A stretch of 64,000 nucleotides of DNA from Heteronotia binoei (lineage: Eukaryota), in contig NC_083224.1 in assembly GCF_032191835.1 (NCBI RefSeq), forward strand, positions 134,912,001 through 134,976,000, read 5' to 3'. A program made the translations under genes and the position numbers. Positions within the stretch are counted from its first letter, which is position 1. Each line of letters begins with the position of its first letter. This document shows positions 1 through 11,242 of this stretch, in pieces. A model generated the notes under the pieces. That model was not told where the DNA came from. It saw only the letters and a program-made list of their open reading frames with translations, and made no database searches.

Positions 1-869
1 CCCCATTTAGTCTGAGGATAGCCAGAGGCATCCATTTTCTGTGTCATTGTATGTGGTACTTTCCAATATATGCTTCTAATAATTTCTAGTAAGATGCACT
101 TTGGCAGTAGGCGCAGAAGAACAAAAGATTCAATCAATTCATCCCTAGAAAGCCAAAACCAAACATTACAGTGTTAACATTGGAACACAAATGTTTTATA
201 AGTATGAAACATGCCTAGTAAAATCCTTGTTTCATGATATGTTACTGGCATTCTGCATTGATCCAATCCTGAAGCAGAGTAAAGGTAATGTCTGAATATT
301 ATGACTGTCTAGAGATAAACCAGTCCAATCAATATATGTTGAAAAAACCTACAAGTGACTCAGAACATACGATTTCCCCTGCAGTTAGCTACAGGCCAGT
401 CAATACTTTGCTGATAAAGCTGTAGTTCTGATTCACATGTGGGAAGAGATTCTATCATCAAACCCAGAAGTTGTTACAAAGCATTGCCAGTAGGAAAATA
501 ATAGGACCAGAGGGAATGAGATCATGACTCTAGGTCTACCAGTCATTGAATCTGTGGGGATTTGGTATTGTTCATGAAGTATAGTGGGATTTGGCAATGC
601 AATTTTAAAATAAAACATGAAGAAAAAGCACAAGGATCACAGCAGGAACTAAAAGTATAAACTAAAAATATAAAATGCTCTGAACCTTGTAGGAAAACAT
701 GAAATGGCTGAGCATTGCAAGCTTCTCCCCTCTGCCCCCATCTACTCCAATTGGCAATGGCTCTCCTGTGTAATACCCCCTTTGGCTGTTGGTTCCCAGG
801 TTAGAGTACTCAGTGGGCACCAGTTCATTCAGCAGAGACAAGCTAGTTCAAGACATCAACCCTTTATTT

Positions 870-1539
870 CAGGGGTCCCCAATCCCTGGGCCATAGACAG
901 CTACCGGGCCACGGCCTGTTTGCAACCGGGCCACAAATCCTGGCCGGAAGTGAGGGGGGAGAAGCCTTCTCTCACGCATACATCAAAGTGTTAGATGGCA
1001 TGCCAGCCGCATCGAAGCTGGTAAGGCCCAGCTTTGGCGCTGCTCGGGACGATCTGAGGGAGGGAGGGCGATGATGGAGTGCCATGCTGCATTGCAGTGC
1101 CAGGGAGGGAGAAAAGGCGGTGGCAGGAGGGTGGCAGTGGGGGACCTACCTCGTTGTGCAGGGTGGGTGACGGAGCTAAACTCCAGTGGGCCACTTCTTC
1201 AGCGGGTCGCCTGCTGCTGCAGTGGCAGTTTTCCCAGCTGATCAGTGGTGGTGGGAGGTGTGTTGGCCTTAAAAGAGCCAGGGAAGGTGGCACTTCACAG
1301 CCCCTTTCCCGGCCTTAAAATTGTCACAACAGAGGGTGGAGGAGGCACTCCAAGGGGGTGGGTGGGCAGCAAGGCTGCACAGCACCGTAAGGGGAGGGGT
1401 GGAGCAGAAAGGCTGCATGGCACAGGGGGCGGCGAGGCTGCGTGGTGCCATGGGAGGCTGAATTTGGTGCCCCCACCCTGCCGCCCTGGGGCTGCAGTGG
1501 GTGGGCCAGCCCTGGTGCCAAGAAGGTTGGGGACCACTG
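870..1539. mobile_element. Non-autonomous hAT (Charlie-like) DNA transposon
   Basis: TIRs CAGGGGTCCCCAA / TTGGGGACCACTG; perfect 8-bp TSD CTTTATTT at 862-869 and 1540-1547. Confidence 0.9.
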
Positions 1540-2495
1540 CTTTATTTGAAAGGAGCTTCAACTGGTTATCAATACTGTAAAAAGTGAAACTACCTTACCT
1601 CCAGTGCATTGAAATACATTGCAGCACAAAGTTGCAAGGAAAACAGAATGGATTTTCCATTCTGGTCTCTGGGTGCAGAGACCTTAAAGGAAAATCCATT
1701 CCATATTTTCCACGCAGTTTTGCAAGCCCAGAAGCCAGCAAAGACAAGGCAGAAGGAACTGAGAATCTTGTTGGCAACCTTGGAACTTCAAAGTGTGAGG
1801 ACAGGAGGGGGAGGGAGAAAATTGCCAGGGACCTCATTGAAGCCTTGGGTGGGCTGGGTGTGGTTGCAGGCCAGAAGATTGACAGTCCTGTCCTAAAGCA
1901 TATCTTCATATAAATGGAACTAGCTCACAGGACTTTTACTTGTACAGAGGCACACACCAAGGTTGTCCCCTTTCTCCCTTATTCTTTGCATTAGCCTAGT
2001 TCTTTTTTAAATGATCCCTGTATTTCTAGAGTCCAAATCAATGATATATGCTATGTTATTTGCTGATGATTTCATTGTTTATGTAACCAACCCTGAAACC
2101 TTTTAACCACCTATTTGTTCTGTCTTAACTAAGTCTGGGGAAATTGCAGGACTATGAATTAACCAAGCCAAGTTTCACATCTATCCTATTCAATTAGTTA
2201 AGGATACCATAACATTACTCAAGACAGAATTTCCTTTTCAATGAGTACGATCCTACTGACAGTACCTAGGCATCAAGTTTCCTCTAAATCTACAACATTT
2301 AATCAAATATAACCATTTAAATGCTTATCGATCACTCAAAAATCTGCTAAAAGAATGGAATGGTAAACGGCTAACTTGGCTTGAATGTATCAATATCATC
2401 AAGTCATTCATACTAACTAAATTTATATTTTATTTCAGAGCAATTCTCACAGATCTGGTGACTTCCCAACTTAAAGAATGACAGGTAACTATACA

Positions 2496-2797
2496 GTTAA
2501 AAGGTAAAGGTAATCCCCTGTGCAAGCACCAGTCGTTTTTGACTCTGGGGTGACATCGCATCACAACGTTTTCACAGCAGACTTTTTATGGGGTGGTTTG
2601 CCATTGCCTTCCCCAGTCATCTACACTTTACCCCCAGCAAGATGGGTACTCATTTTACTGACCTTGGAAGGATGGAAGACTGAGTCAACCTTGAGCCAGC
2701 TACCTGAACCCAGCTTCCGCTGGGATCAAACTCAGGTTGTGAGCAGAGCTTGGATTGCAGTACTGCAGCTTACTGCTCTGCACCACAGGGCTCTTGT
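2496..2797 (-). mobile_element. Sauria SINE
   Basis: (ACCTTT)n tail on the minus strand, BovB-like 3' region; 13-bp TSD AGGTAACTATACA at 2483-2495 and 2798-2810. Confidence 0.85.
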
Positions 2798-3221
2798 AGG
2801 TAACTATACATGGATTTATTTAGCCATTTAAACACCCAAGGGCCAGCTTTGATTCCTTACACGGACCTGGGTCGAGATGTGGATTAAAATTACTGATTTA
2901 CAACTTTATTACTATGCAGTGTATCTTGCAAATTTAATTAAACAATATAATGATGGCTACACTGCAGACCGGAAAGAAAGAAGAAGCTTTCTTTAACATC
3001 TCTTTCTTATCAAGAATTAGAATGGCATAACCCTAGACACTGTCCTTCTGATGAACTTTCAAAACCTTTTTGGATTTCTACTCTTAAAGTTTGGGACAGA
3101 ACCCATTGTATCTTGGCTCCCTCTATATCCTCAATGACAACATACACCATTTAAACTTGGTTTACTCCAGGACTACATCCTAAAAAATCATTCAGTAAAT
3201 TCAGTAATTTATTAAACTAAT

Positions 3222-3500
3222 GTCAGTCAGTCAGTCAGTTTATTGCGGCTCTAGGCCAATCAACAACAACACAACTTATCAATAACAGTACAACACAACA
3301 CCAAGCTAAAATATAACATAACAATATAAAACTATGTACAACCATCAAAATTGTAATAAAATTATCTGACGTAGGCAACACTTAACTAAGGGCATCTTCT
3401 TTCAAATACAAACAGCATTAAATTTCTTCCTGTCAAGGTCGGTAACATATAGAAACTTAGCAAGATCCAGAGAAAGTTGATCACTCCCATCCCCTAAGAG
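3222..3500 (-). mobile_element. 3' end of a LINE with (TGAC)n tail, inserted in the L1
   Basis: (CAGT)n run then tttattg on the plus strand; minus frame reads SDQLSLDLAKFLY, resembling a LINE ORF2 C-terminus; family not determined. Confidence 0.4.
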
Positions 3501-6500
3501 GAAGTAAATGACTTGGGCCTGATTTAAAGATTTAGCTAGCATTAGATGGTTCTGCATCTAATGAGATTTAGTGATACTACCAAGAATGGTAAAAATCTTG
3601 GAAAACAGACACTAGAAGAGATTTCTAAGACTTGCCTACCATGGTTTGAATATATGCAATTAATGCATTTTTTTGATTATCCTAAAATACAGGCAGGTGT
3701 TAAGAGATCCTTTGCCAAATTTGAAATGCTTCTAACGTCTAAATCTTGAAAAAATGTGGCTTATCCCTCAAATCTATAACATATTATTGACTCACCATTG
3801 CTCTACACAACCAGTTATCAGAAAGCCTAGCATAAAGATTTGGGCTTTCAGCTGTCAAATACACAATGGCTTCAAATATGGAGTTCATTAATCTTTCCTT
3901 CCAAGGTGCTTTCTATCCAGCTCTAATCTGCAAAACTTTTGTTTCATTGGTATCTCACCCCCGTAAAACTAACTCATATCTTCCTCTCAACATCTTCTTC
4001 CCTATGCTGGAAAATGTGCAGAACATTTTCCTTGCATCACAATTAGTGGACATGCACAGTTGTTGCTCTTTTTTGACATGAAATTGTTATTGAAACTGAA
4101 AAAAGTAACTGGCTTCTCAATACCACTCAACCCTCCCTTAATTTTACTAAATTTATGGTACAGACCACCAACCTCTGTCATTCCTTATATCTGTAGAGAG
4201 CTTATTTCATGTCTTCATCTCGCAGCAAAAAACATAATTGCCACAATGTGGAAAGATAAACATTCCCCATAAGTTTCTTTATGGCATAAAAAGGTTTGGG
4301 ATTGTTTTATATCAGAAAATATTTTTGACTAGGTGTCCTGTAACCAAGATGCCTCATACATCTCTAGCTTGATGGAAAAGGGGTTTCCATCGCTTGATAA
4401 ATCAATTAACTATTTAGCATCTAAAGATGTTTTAAAATACAATAGTTTTTATTCCACATTTCTATACTATTAACATTTTTTATTTATATTTGTTATGTAT
4501 AAAGTAACATATTCAGTGAAACATTTCTTATCTTTCATTTTTCATACTTATTATATTCCATATAATTGTATAATTTCCTTTTTTATTCTGTAATGTTTTT
4601 ATACATCTTATTGTTTCTGAAAATTTAGTCCAAGTACTCTGTATGCAAATATAGTAATACTGACAGTGTTTTGGGTAATATTAATACTTCAATCACGCTA
4701 ATAAAAATCATTTAAAACAGTACAAATACTATAGCATGGTGGTCTGCAAAAAAATTGTTTATGTTAGGAAAAGGGTCCTCATACTCAAAAAGGTTGGGAA
4801 CACCTTACTAGAGAACTAAATTCTTATATAGCTCAATGGTCCTTCCTTTGGAAAGGAAGAGTAATTTAAATGGACTTTCACTGATCCCATTCAGGTCCAC
4901 ACCCACATAGCTTTATTCATAATATATGAATGAAGGCTTTCAGAGTGCTCACTGGGACTTTATCTAAATGGGGGGGGGGGGGGCACGGGAGACAGAAAAT
5001 ATCACAGCATATGCTTGAAGAATCACAGTTTTAATTATTGATTTGAATGGGAAACTTGAACATGAAAGTCTGCATGTAAATCTATTTTCTCAAAACAGCT
5101 CAAATTAGGAGAAGTTTTTTTTCCTCCCAGACATATGCATAAGAAGAAAAGAATGATGAAATAAAAATGCACTGTAAGCATGAGAATGAGTGCCACTGCC
5201 ACCATGAACCAAAAACACAGAACTGGAAAACAGGGACATCCTTATCTGTCTAGTCATCCGTTGCAGATCTTCATGAGCTTTTGCTGAGGTCACTGGAGTG
5301 CAAATAGCTAGTAATTGTACCTTGAAACAATGATACCTTGTATGTTGATAAGCAACCTTTATATCAAAGTCTAACAAGCACACTAGTTAAAAAATAAACA
5401 GAACCCCTTCTTCTTAATTAGACCAGGGGTAGGCCCTCCCTGACATGGAAGCCAACAGCAGCACACCAGACCATTGTGCTTGGCATGCAAGGCCAGATCT
5501 CCACCCAAGCAACCAAGGCACTGGCAGTATTGCTGGGACTAATGATGCAGGAAAAAACAACAGACATGTCTAGCCTGTCATTGCCTCCCAAAACTGCATG
5601 ATCACCAGCCAAGTTCAAGGTTAATCCATGAGATGCTGGCAGTAACTGCTGGGACTTGGCTTGCACCAAATGTGGTTGGCTAGTACAACCCTCATCTCTC
5701 CCCATTTTGCTTGTCAATACACCATATTCCTCACAGGTAGATGTTGCATTTTACTATCACATTCGTCAAAGAAGGTTGCCTGTCTCCAGACTAGGCTATT
5801 TGTTGTATTTGATCTGTTAAGTGACAAAGTGCTAGATCCAGAAACCTATTGTTAGAAGGAAAAGACCAGGCACAAATGACATGCCTGGCCTTTCCCTTTT
5901 AACAGTAAGTTTCAGCATCGAGCACCTTGTTACTAACCATTTCAAAGCACTTTACAAAATCATCTCTTTGCATTTTGATTCCAAGACAACATTCAGAGAA
6001 GGTTATATAACGCAATATATGCTGATGTTCATGTTCATAAAGCTATTAAATACTGGAAGTAAACTATGTGGTGTAGATTTTTAATTTGGTTATGCATTAT
6101 GTAGCATGCAACTTATTTTGGGAAAAAATTGCATTGTGACCCATTCAAGATGATGGTAAAGTAGCATTGATAGAAACTTAACTGTAAGGTTTAATGTACT
6201 TGAGACTACTTTGCTTCATCAGAGCAGGGTTTTTTTTTTAAATGATAACTCAGTATTAGGGATGTGCAAAACTTCACTGCACTTCATTGGTGGCTTAATT
6301 TGTTTTGTTAACTTATTTCAACAATTTTCTTTGTTTTGTGTCGGACAGAAAGTTACTTAGTTTCAGTTTTGATCGGTTTTTGAAATGGTTCCCATTGATT
6401 TTCATGGGTCAAATTTCAGTCCGCTGTAACATTTTTTTTCTTTCTTTTTAGAACCAGATCAAATTCACAGGGATGAATGTCTTCCATGAGGTAACAGTAG

Positions 6501-7122
6501 CTGCTAAATGTCATCCAAATACACATTGGAATTTTTATTTGATCATTTTAAAGGGCTTTTACTGGTTGTGTCATCCGTTTTTATGGCTATTTTGCCTGAA
6601 ATTCATTAGGAGTGTAGTAGTGCTTCTTGTTAATCCCTGAAAAATTTCAGAAATGTGGGTGCATGAGATCAGGAATTATCTATACAATAATATCACAGGT
6701 TTGAGTTTATAAGTATTGTCTTTTTCATCTAATATTCACCATAGCCTTCAGAAATAGAGTTGATATCAATGTTACATTAAGAGGATGGAACACCTTCTTT
6801 ATGAAGAAAGTTTAAAGTGGTTAGGGCTTTTAGCCTGGAGAATAAGACCCCAAGGTTATGCAAGCCTCGCCAGGTTGTTGGTCAGATCTCCTGAAAAGAA
6901 AGATTTAAAGTCTTAGATAGAAAAAAAGTTAAACAACTGGAGATCAAATGTTTATGCAATTTTATCACACACTGAAAGACTGTTGCCAGGATGAGACTCT
7001 AATGGTCACTCTCCGTATTAAAAAAACCACCAGATTTCCCTATTCCTCCACTCCAGTCAATACTTCATTGGCTCACTGCAAGATAATGTCCTTTTTAGCT
7101 TGGCAGCTTCCTGCTGTGAAAG

Positions 7123-7318
7123 GACACAAAGCTGCCTTATACTGAATCAGACCATGGGTCCATCAAGGCCAGTACTGTCTACTCAGACTGGAAGTGGCTA
7201 TCGATGATTTCAGGCAGAGGTCTTTCACATTACCTACTACCTGATCCTTTTAACTGGAGATGCCAGGGATTGAACCCAGGACCTTATGCATGCCAAGCAA
7301 CAGAGCCACAGCCCCTCC
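7123..7318 (-). mobile_element. tRNA-derived SINE (Squam2/AnolisSINE2-like)
   Basis: Reverse complement matches the SINE at 11032-11242; B-box-like GGTTCAATCCC; ends ATAAGGCAGCTT. Confidence 0.75.
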
Positions 7319-7786
7319 TCGATACTTTGCTCCACTTTTCTACCTCTGTTATAGAGGCGAGTTTCAAATTCAGTTTGTATTATGGCATGGAATTCTATTG
7401 TTCAAAGAAAGAAAGTTGAAAATTATTCTAGATGAAAGCAAGCCCTTGAGATCACCTATTGTATACCAGGACACTGGCTCATGAAAATTGCTTTATATTA
7501 ATTCCCATGCAGAATGGTATATGAAAACAGAAAGAATGACATACATTACTTGAAGCTTCTTGGAAGAATGATAGGATAAACTTGCAAGGAAGAAAAGAAA
7601 TGAAAAAAGTTAACATGAGTCCTTTAAGTAAGGTGCAGAGACAGGTATCAATTTTTGAACTTCTCACAGCAAACTTATTGGCAAATGAAATCCTAGTTTT
7701 ATCTTGATACCAAGGATATATACTAGGGCTTCAGAAAGAAATTGATACTGAGGCTTCAAAAAGAAATGTTAAGGGACACTGATATG

Positions 7787-8060
7787 ATCTGTCTTTCATA
7801 TGTTTACCAGCGGCCTGAACCAGCTGCATGCATTCCCTCACACAGTTTCCACCTTCAAAGTCTGGCTGCAGTGGTTTTGTGGGTACCTGTTCTCCATCCA
7901 AGTAGAGAGCAAAGAAATTGATGTCATAATGCTTAAAGTTAAATGGGTTTTTATTATGGGCCCCACTGAAGGACTCATCCACCAGTCCGATAATCAGCAG
8001 CTTGGGTAATTGCCCCCAAAACAAATTCTCTTGGTTGCTGACACGACTTCCTGCAGGGAT
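7787..8060 (-). pseudogene. Polinton major capsid protein (double jelly-roll, PY) internal fragment
   Basis: IPAGSRVSNQENLFWGQLPKLLIIGLVDESFSGAHNKNPFNFKHYDINFFALYLDGEQVPTKPLQPDF...MQLVQAAGKHMKDR, recognised as Polinton MCP motifs; truncated at both ends. Confidence 0.9.
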
Positions 8061-8061
8061 G

Positions 8062-8519
8062 CAGAGTGTTGAACCTCCCCGTGATGTCTGCTGTAAAGTT
8101 TATATTTTGGATTGCCTCATCTGGGGGTGCCCCTAAAAGGTGAGCCAATTCTTTAGAAGCTGAAAAGGTATAAGTAGGTGGTGCTTTTAGACCGATCTTT
8201 CTATACCATGCTCAGTTTAGGGGGGGAAATGTGACTGTGTGGTGTTCAGTTTCACCACCAGGTCAGGCATGTTTTTATAATAGCCTCTACTGAATCTGTA
8301 TTTCCACTGTTTCTCCTTGGTAATGATTACAATAGTGGAATCTTTGGTGAGGGTCTTCCAGCTGTGAGGATACTGTATTTCCACAAGCCCAACCTCCCAG
8401 GCCCCTGGAAGGTTCAATGACCATGCTAGATGGGTGGTAAAGGCCACTGTAGTGTTCTGTGGAAAAACACTTGCACATGAGTTGCTAGGAAGGGTGATAA
8501 AGAAGCCGCTGTCAGCCAT
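8062..8519 (-). pseudogene. Polinton minor capsid protein (penton, PX), N-terminal part
   Basis: MADSGFFITLPSNSCASVFPQNT...WEVGLVEIQYPHSW is the characteristic Polinton penton N-terminus; continues after a frameshift to TADITGRFNTL; ATG lies 7 nt after the integrase stop. Confidence 0.9.
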
Positions 8520-8525
8520 TTTTTT

Positions 8526-9602
8526 CTATATAGGATCACAGAGTTGAGAAGCAGGAACCCAGATGTTAAATTTATCAGGCCACCCTAACCACTTCACTAG
8601 ATGTTGTTTTCTCTTCCCCCTGCCTTTGGAAGCTAAGATTTTCTCAATTCGATACACTCTGTCTGCTCTACTCTTAACTTTTTGTAGCTCTTCAGGATAG
8701 AATGAGCTTATGACAGGGTCTCCGGCATAATCTTTGCACAAGTACACATTTGATTCTACAAATGACCTGTTCTACTATAAATAATTCATCTGTGAAGCTC
8801 CGTTCATATCCTTTTACAAAAACTCCTTTGCTTTTAGATACATGCACATGATCTCCTTTTCTAATGAAAGGCCCCAACACAGTCTCCGTAAAGCGTTTTC
8901 CACACAGTATGAGCATTGGTGTGGTTTACATCCACAGGACGGGCTCTGATTGTCCTGTGAAAGCTGTGGTTATAACTTTTAATAAGCAGCAGCACGTCAA
9001 TATATCTGAAGGTGTTGTTAGCAGTAAAATACCTCCACATTTTTGTTCTTAATGTTCGATTGAAGCGCTCCACAATAGCTGCTTTGACTTCATTATGGGT
9101 GTAAAAGTGGTGGATTCCATGGTGCTTTAACACGCTGCTTACAGACTGGTTTAGAAACTCTTTACCTGCATCAGTCTGAAGCTTGGCAGATATTCTACCT
9201 TGTTTGAAAATTTCCTTAAGGGCTTTCGACACCCTCTCCCCTATCTTGTCTTTTAAGGCCAAAACCCAGGCATATTTAGAAAATATGACAACCACTGTTA
9301 AAATGTACTTGTAGCCATCATTATTTTTGGAAAATTTCTGCATAACAACAAAATCCACCTGCCACTGGGCATCAAGACCATAAACCATGGTCTTGTTTCT
9401 CTTAAAGCGGATGCGGAGTTGGTTATGCAATGTGTAAGCATCTTGCTCTGAAAGCCAGTTAGTAACATGATTTTGAGTGAGAGCTTTACACTGCTTTTTG
9501 GCTGCCTGGAAGAGAGGCCTCTCCCCGCCAAAGTTCCCTGCTTCTCTGGGAACTATAATACATGTGCTTTAAGATCTCCTCTTCATCAATTGCCCCCATC
9601 AT
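8526..9602 (-). pseudogene. Polinton retroviral-like (rve) integrase with C-terminal chromodomain, frameshifted
   Basis: N-terminal ILKHMYYS..GNFGG..WLSEQDAYTLH; DDE residues in WQVD, LQTDAGKEF and IVERFNRTL; KGDHVHVSKSKGVFVKGYE; chromodomain YRIEKIL...HLVKWLGWPDKFNIWVP; at least 3 frameshifts. Confidence 0.95.
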
Positions 9603-9665
9603 CGCTCACTTAACTCAGAAATGATAACACAAGGTTATAAAACAAATGTTTTTATTGTAACAGAA

Positions 9666-10341
9666 CTACCTCTTCCTCTTATTCATTTTATTCTTCTTTT
9701 TCCTGTCGCACTGGGGAACTTTGGTACAGAAACACGACACACACAATAGATTCACGTCAACAGGGTTACCAATGTGAAGATTACTGAAAGCCTGGATAAA
9801 ATTCTCATCAAGCTGTCAAAATAAAATAAAAAGAACAGCTCAGTGAAAAAGTCCATCACCCTTCTTCATTATACACCCATTCACAAACACTGCTTTACCT
9901 GATTACCTGTGAGTTTGACACAGCGTTCACTTGTTCCATGGATTCATCTAAAACCTCTTCTGGAGTTTCTTCATCATCTTCAAACTGCTCAGCAGGGTCC
10001 CGGTAAATACACCACAGCGGGTTGGCCATTCCCAATTCCATCTCATCTTCAGGGCGGCTGGAAAGTGCCGTCTACACATCATGCTGGCTTTCCCATGCAG
10101 GCATCATTGTGTTTTCTGTTCTGCCATTTACCTTTGGAGTTGCAGAGTGCTTGGGCATTTCCGCAGCCTCATTGGAGACCAGGTAAGTACAGCGCATAGG
10201 GACAACTCTGCTAAAGTACATAGTAGATGCAGAAGGGATGTCAAATACCAGCTGCCTGGCAGGAGCGCCAATGTTGTTGAAACTAGCCCTCCCCAATGGC
10301 GGTGGTGTGGTGAATATCTGGGACCTGTCCAGAGTTTCCAT
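9666..10341 (-). CDS. Putative spliced orphan gene of the Polinton: exon 1 from ATG 10341 to donor 10132 or 9907; exon 2 9812-9666
   Basis: Kozak AACATGG; donors AAG|GTAAAT (10131) and CAG|GTAATC (9906), both phase 0; acceptor ttctttttattttattttgacAG (9813); open exon 2 LDENF...CVSCFCTKVPQCDRKKKNKMNKRKR*; AATAAA at 9656-9651. The long isoform has one in-frame TAG at 10074-10072. Splicing is inferred. Confidence 0.6.
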
Positions 10342-10589
10342 GTTCTCAGCAAGAGCCTGCACACGTGTGTTTAAGCACAAATGGATTATTTCCTAAAATA
10401 ATCTGGTGGGGGTGGTGGGCCTCAGTCCATTTGCTATTGGCCAGGGCATGTTGTTAGAGGGGTCACATGGACCTACTCACGCCTTCTCAGTGGCAGCCCC
10501 ATATTCCAGGGTGGGGTGCCACAGGTGGAAGTTCAATGACGCTGCACTGGGTGACGCTGGAGAAGGGGGCTACACATGTGATTTTCGGC

Positions 10590-10965
10590 CTGCTCAATTA
10601 ATATGCAGGGTTGCTACGTCACAGCGGGGTGGACATAGGTGCTGATTGGCCTGGCTATGCCACATGGTGTGAGTCAGTAAGGTCATTTCCTGGAGGAGCT
10701 GCTTAATTAATTAAATATGCGGGGTAGCTACTTCACAGCAGGGTGGACGTAGACGCTGATTGGCCTGGCTAGGCCACGTGGTGTGAGTTAGTAAAGTCAT
10801 TTCCTGGAGGAGGTGCTTAATTAATTAAATATGCGGGGTAGCTATGTCATGGTGGAGCATAGATGGTGATTGGCAGGGCTAGGTCACGTGGGGGGTGGGG
10901 CTAGACAGGACACCTCCTGGTGGGAGGCGTTTAATTAAATATGAGGGGTGCCTACATCATGGTGG
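10590..10965. repeat. Subterminal tandem array, ~114-bp unit x ~3.3, enhancer/promoter-like
   Basis: Anchor ATATGC/A at 10601, 10715, 10829 and 10939; units carry CCAAT (minus strand), CAC(G/A)TG and TAATTAATTAA. Confidence 0.85.
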
Positions 10966-11031
10966 TGCCCCCAAAGTAGGTCACTTCTGTCCTCCATTTG
11001 CTGTAGTTTCCAGTCACGTGACTCTGGGGTC

Positions 11032-11242
11032 GGGGGAGGGACGGTGACTCAGTGGTAGAGCATCTGATTGGGAAGCAGAAGGTCCCAGGTTCAATCCCTG
11101 GCATCTCCAAAAAAGGGTCCAGGCAAATAGGTGTGAAAAACCTCAGCTTGAGACCCTAGAGAGCCGCTGCCAGTCTGAGAAGACAATACTGACTTTGACC
11201 AAAGGTCTGATTCAGTATAAGGCAGCTTCATATGTTCATATG
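11032..11242 (+). mobile_element. tRNA-derived SINE (Squam2/AnolisSINE2-like) inserted in the Polinton terminal region
   Basis: A-box TGACTCAGTGG, B-box GGTTCAATCCC, body shared with 7123-7318, short (CATATGTT)-like tail. Confidence 0.85.

Larger units (their letters stand above)
2030..4720 (+). mobile_element. Degenerate L1/Tx1-type LINE, 3' part of ORF2 (RT to C-terminus) plus AT-rich 3' UTR
   Basis: Broken frames read MLFADD, SGEIAGL*INQAK, and LISCLHLAAKNIIATMWK (typical L1 ORF2 C-terminus); many stops and frameshifts; interrupted by younger insertions. Confidence 0.75.

Noticed and set aside
991-1580. Overlapping 60-111-aa ORFs
   Set aside because: Lie inside the non-autonomous hAT element; no transposase motifs
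4970-4984. Long G/C homopolymers (also ~20380, 25380, 34490)
   Set aside because: Simple runs with no associated structure; length may be unreliable
1-7786. Second Polinton TIR or further core genes (pPolB, ATPase, protease) left of the MCP fragment
   Set aside because: No matching terminus or motifs found by eye; the sequence is L1, SINE and AT-rich host DNA
10005-10025. LWCIY followed by an acidic run as an LxCxE RB-binding motif
   Set aside because: The required Glu is absent in this copy; only the family consensus could revive the idea
10072-10131. 60-nt in-frame intron removing the TAG (GTAAAT...TGTAG)
   Set aside because: No polypyrimidine tract before the AG; a point-mutation stop or splicing to 9813 is more plausible
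10590-10965. Regularly spaced repeats as a CRISPR-like array
   Set aside because: Whole units are homologous with no unique spacers; eukaryotic context; no cas genes
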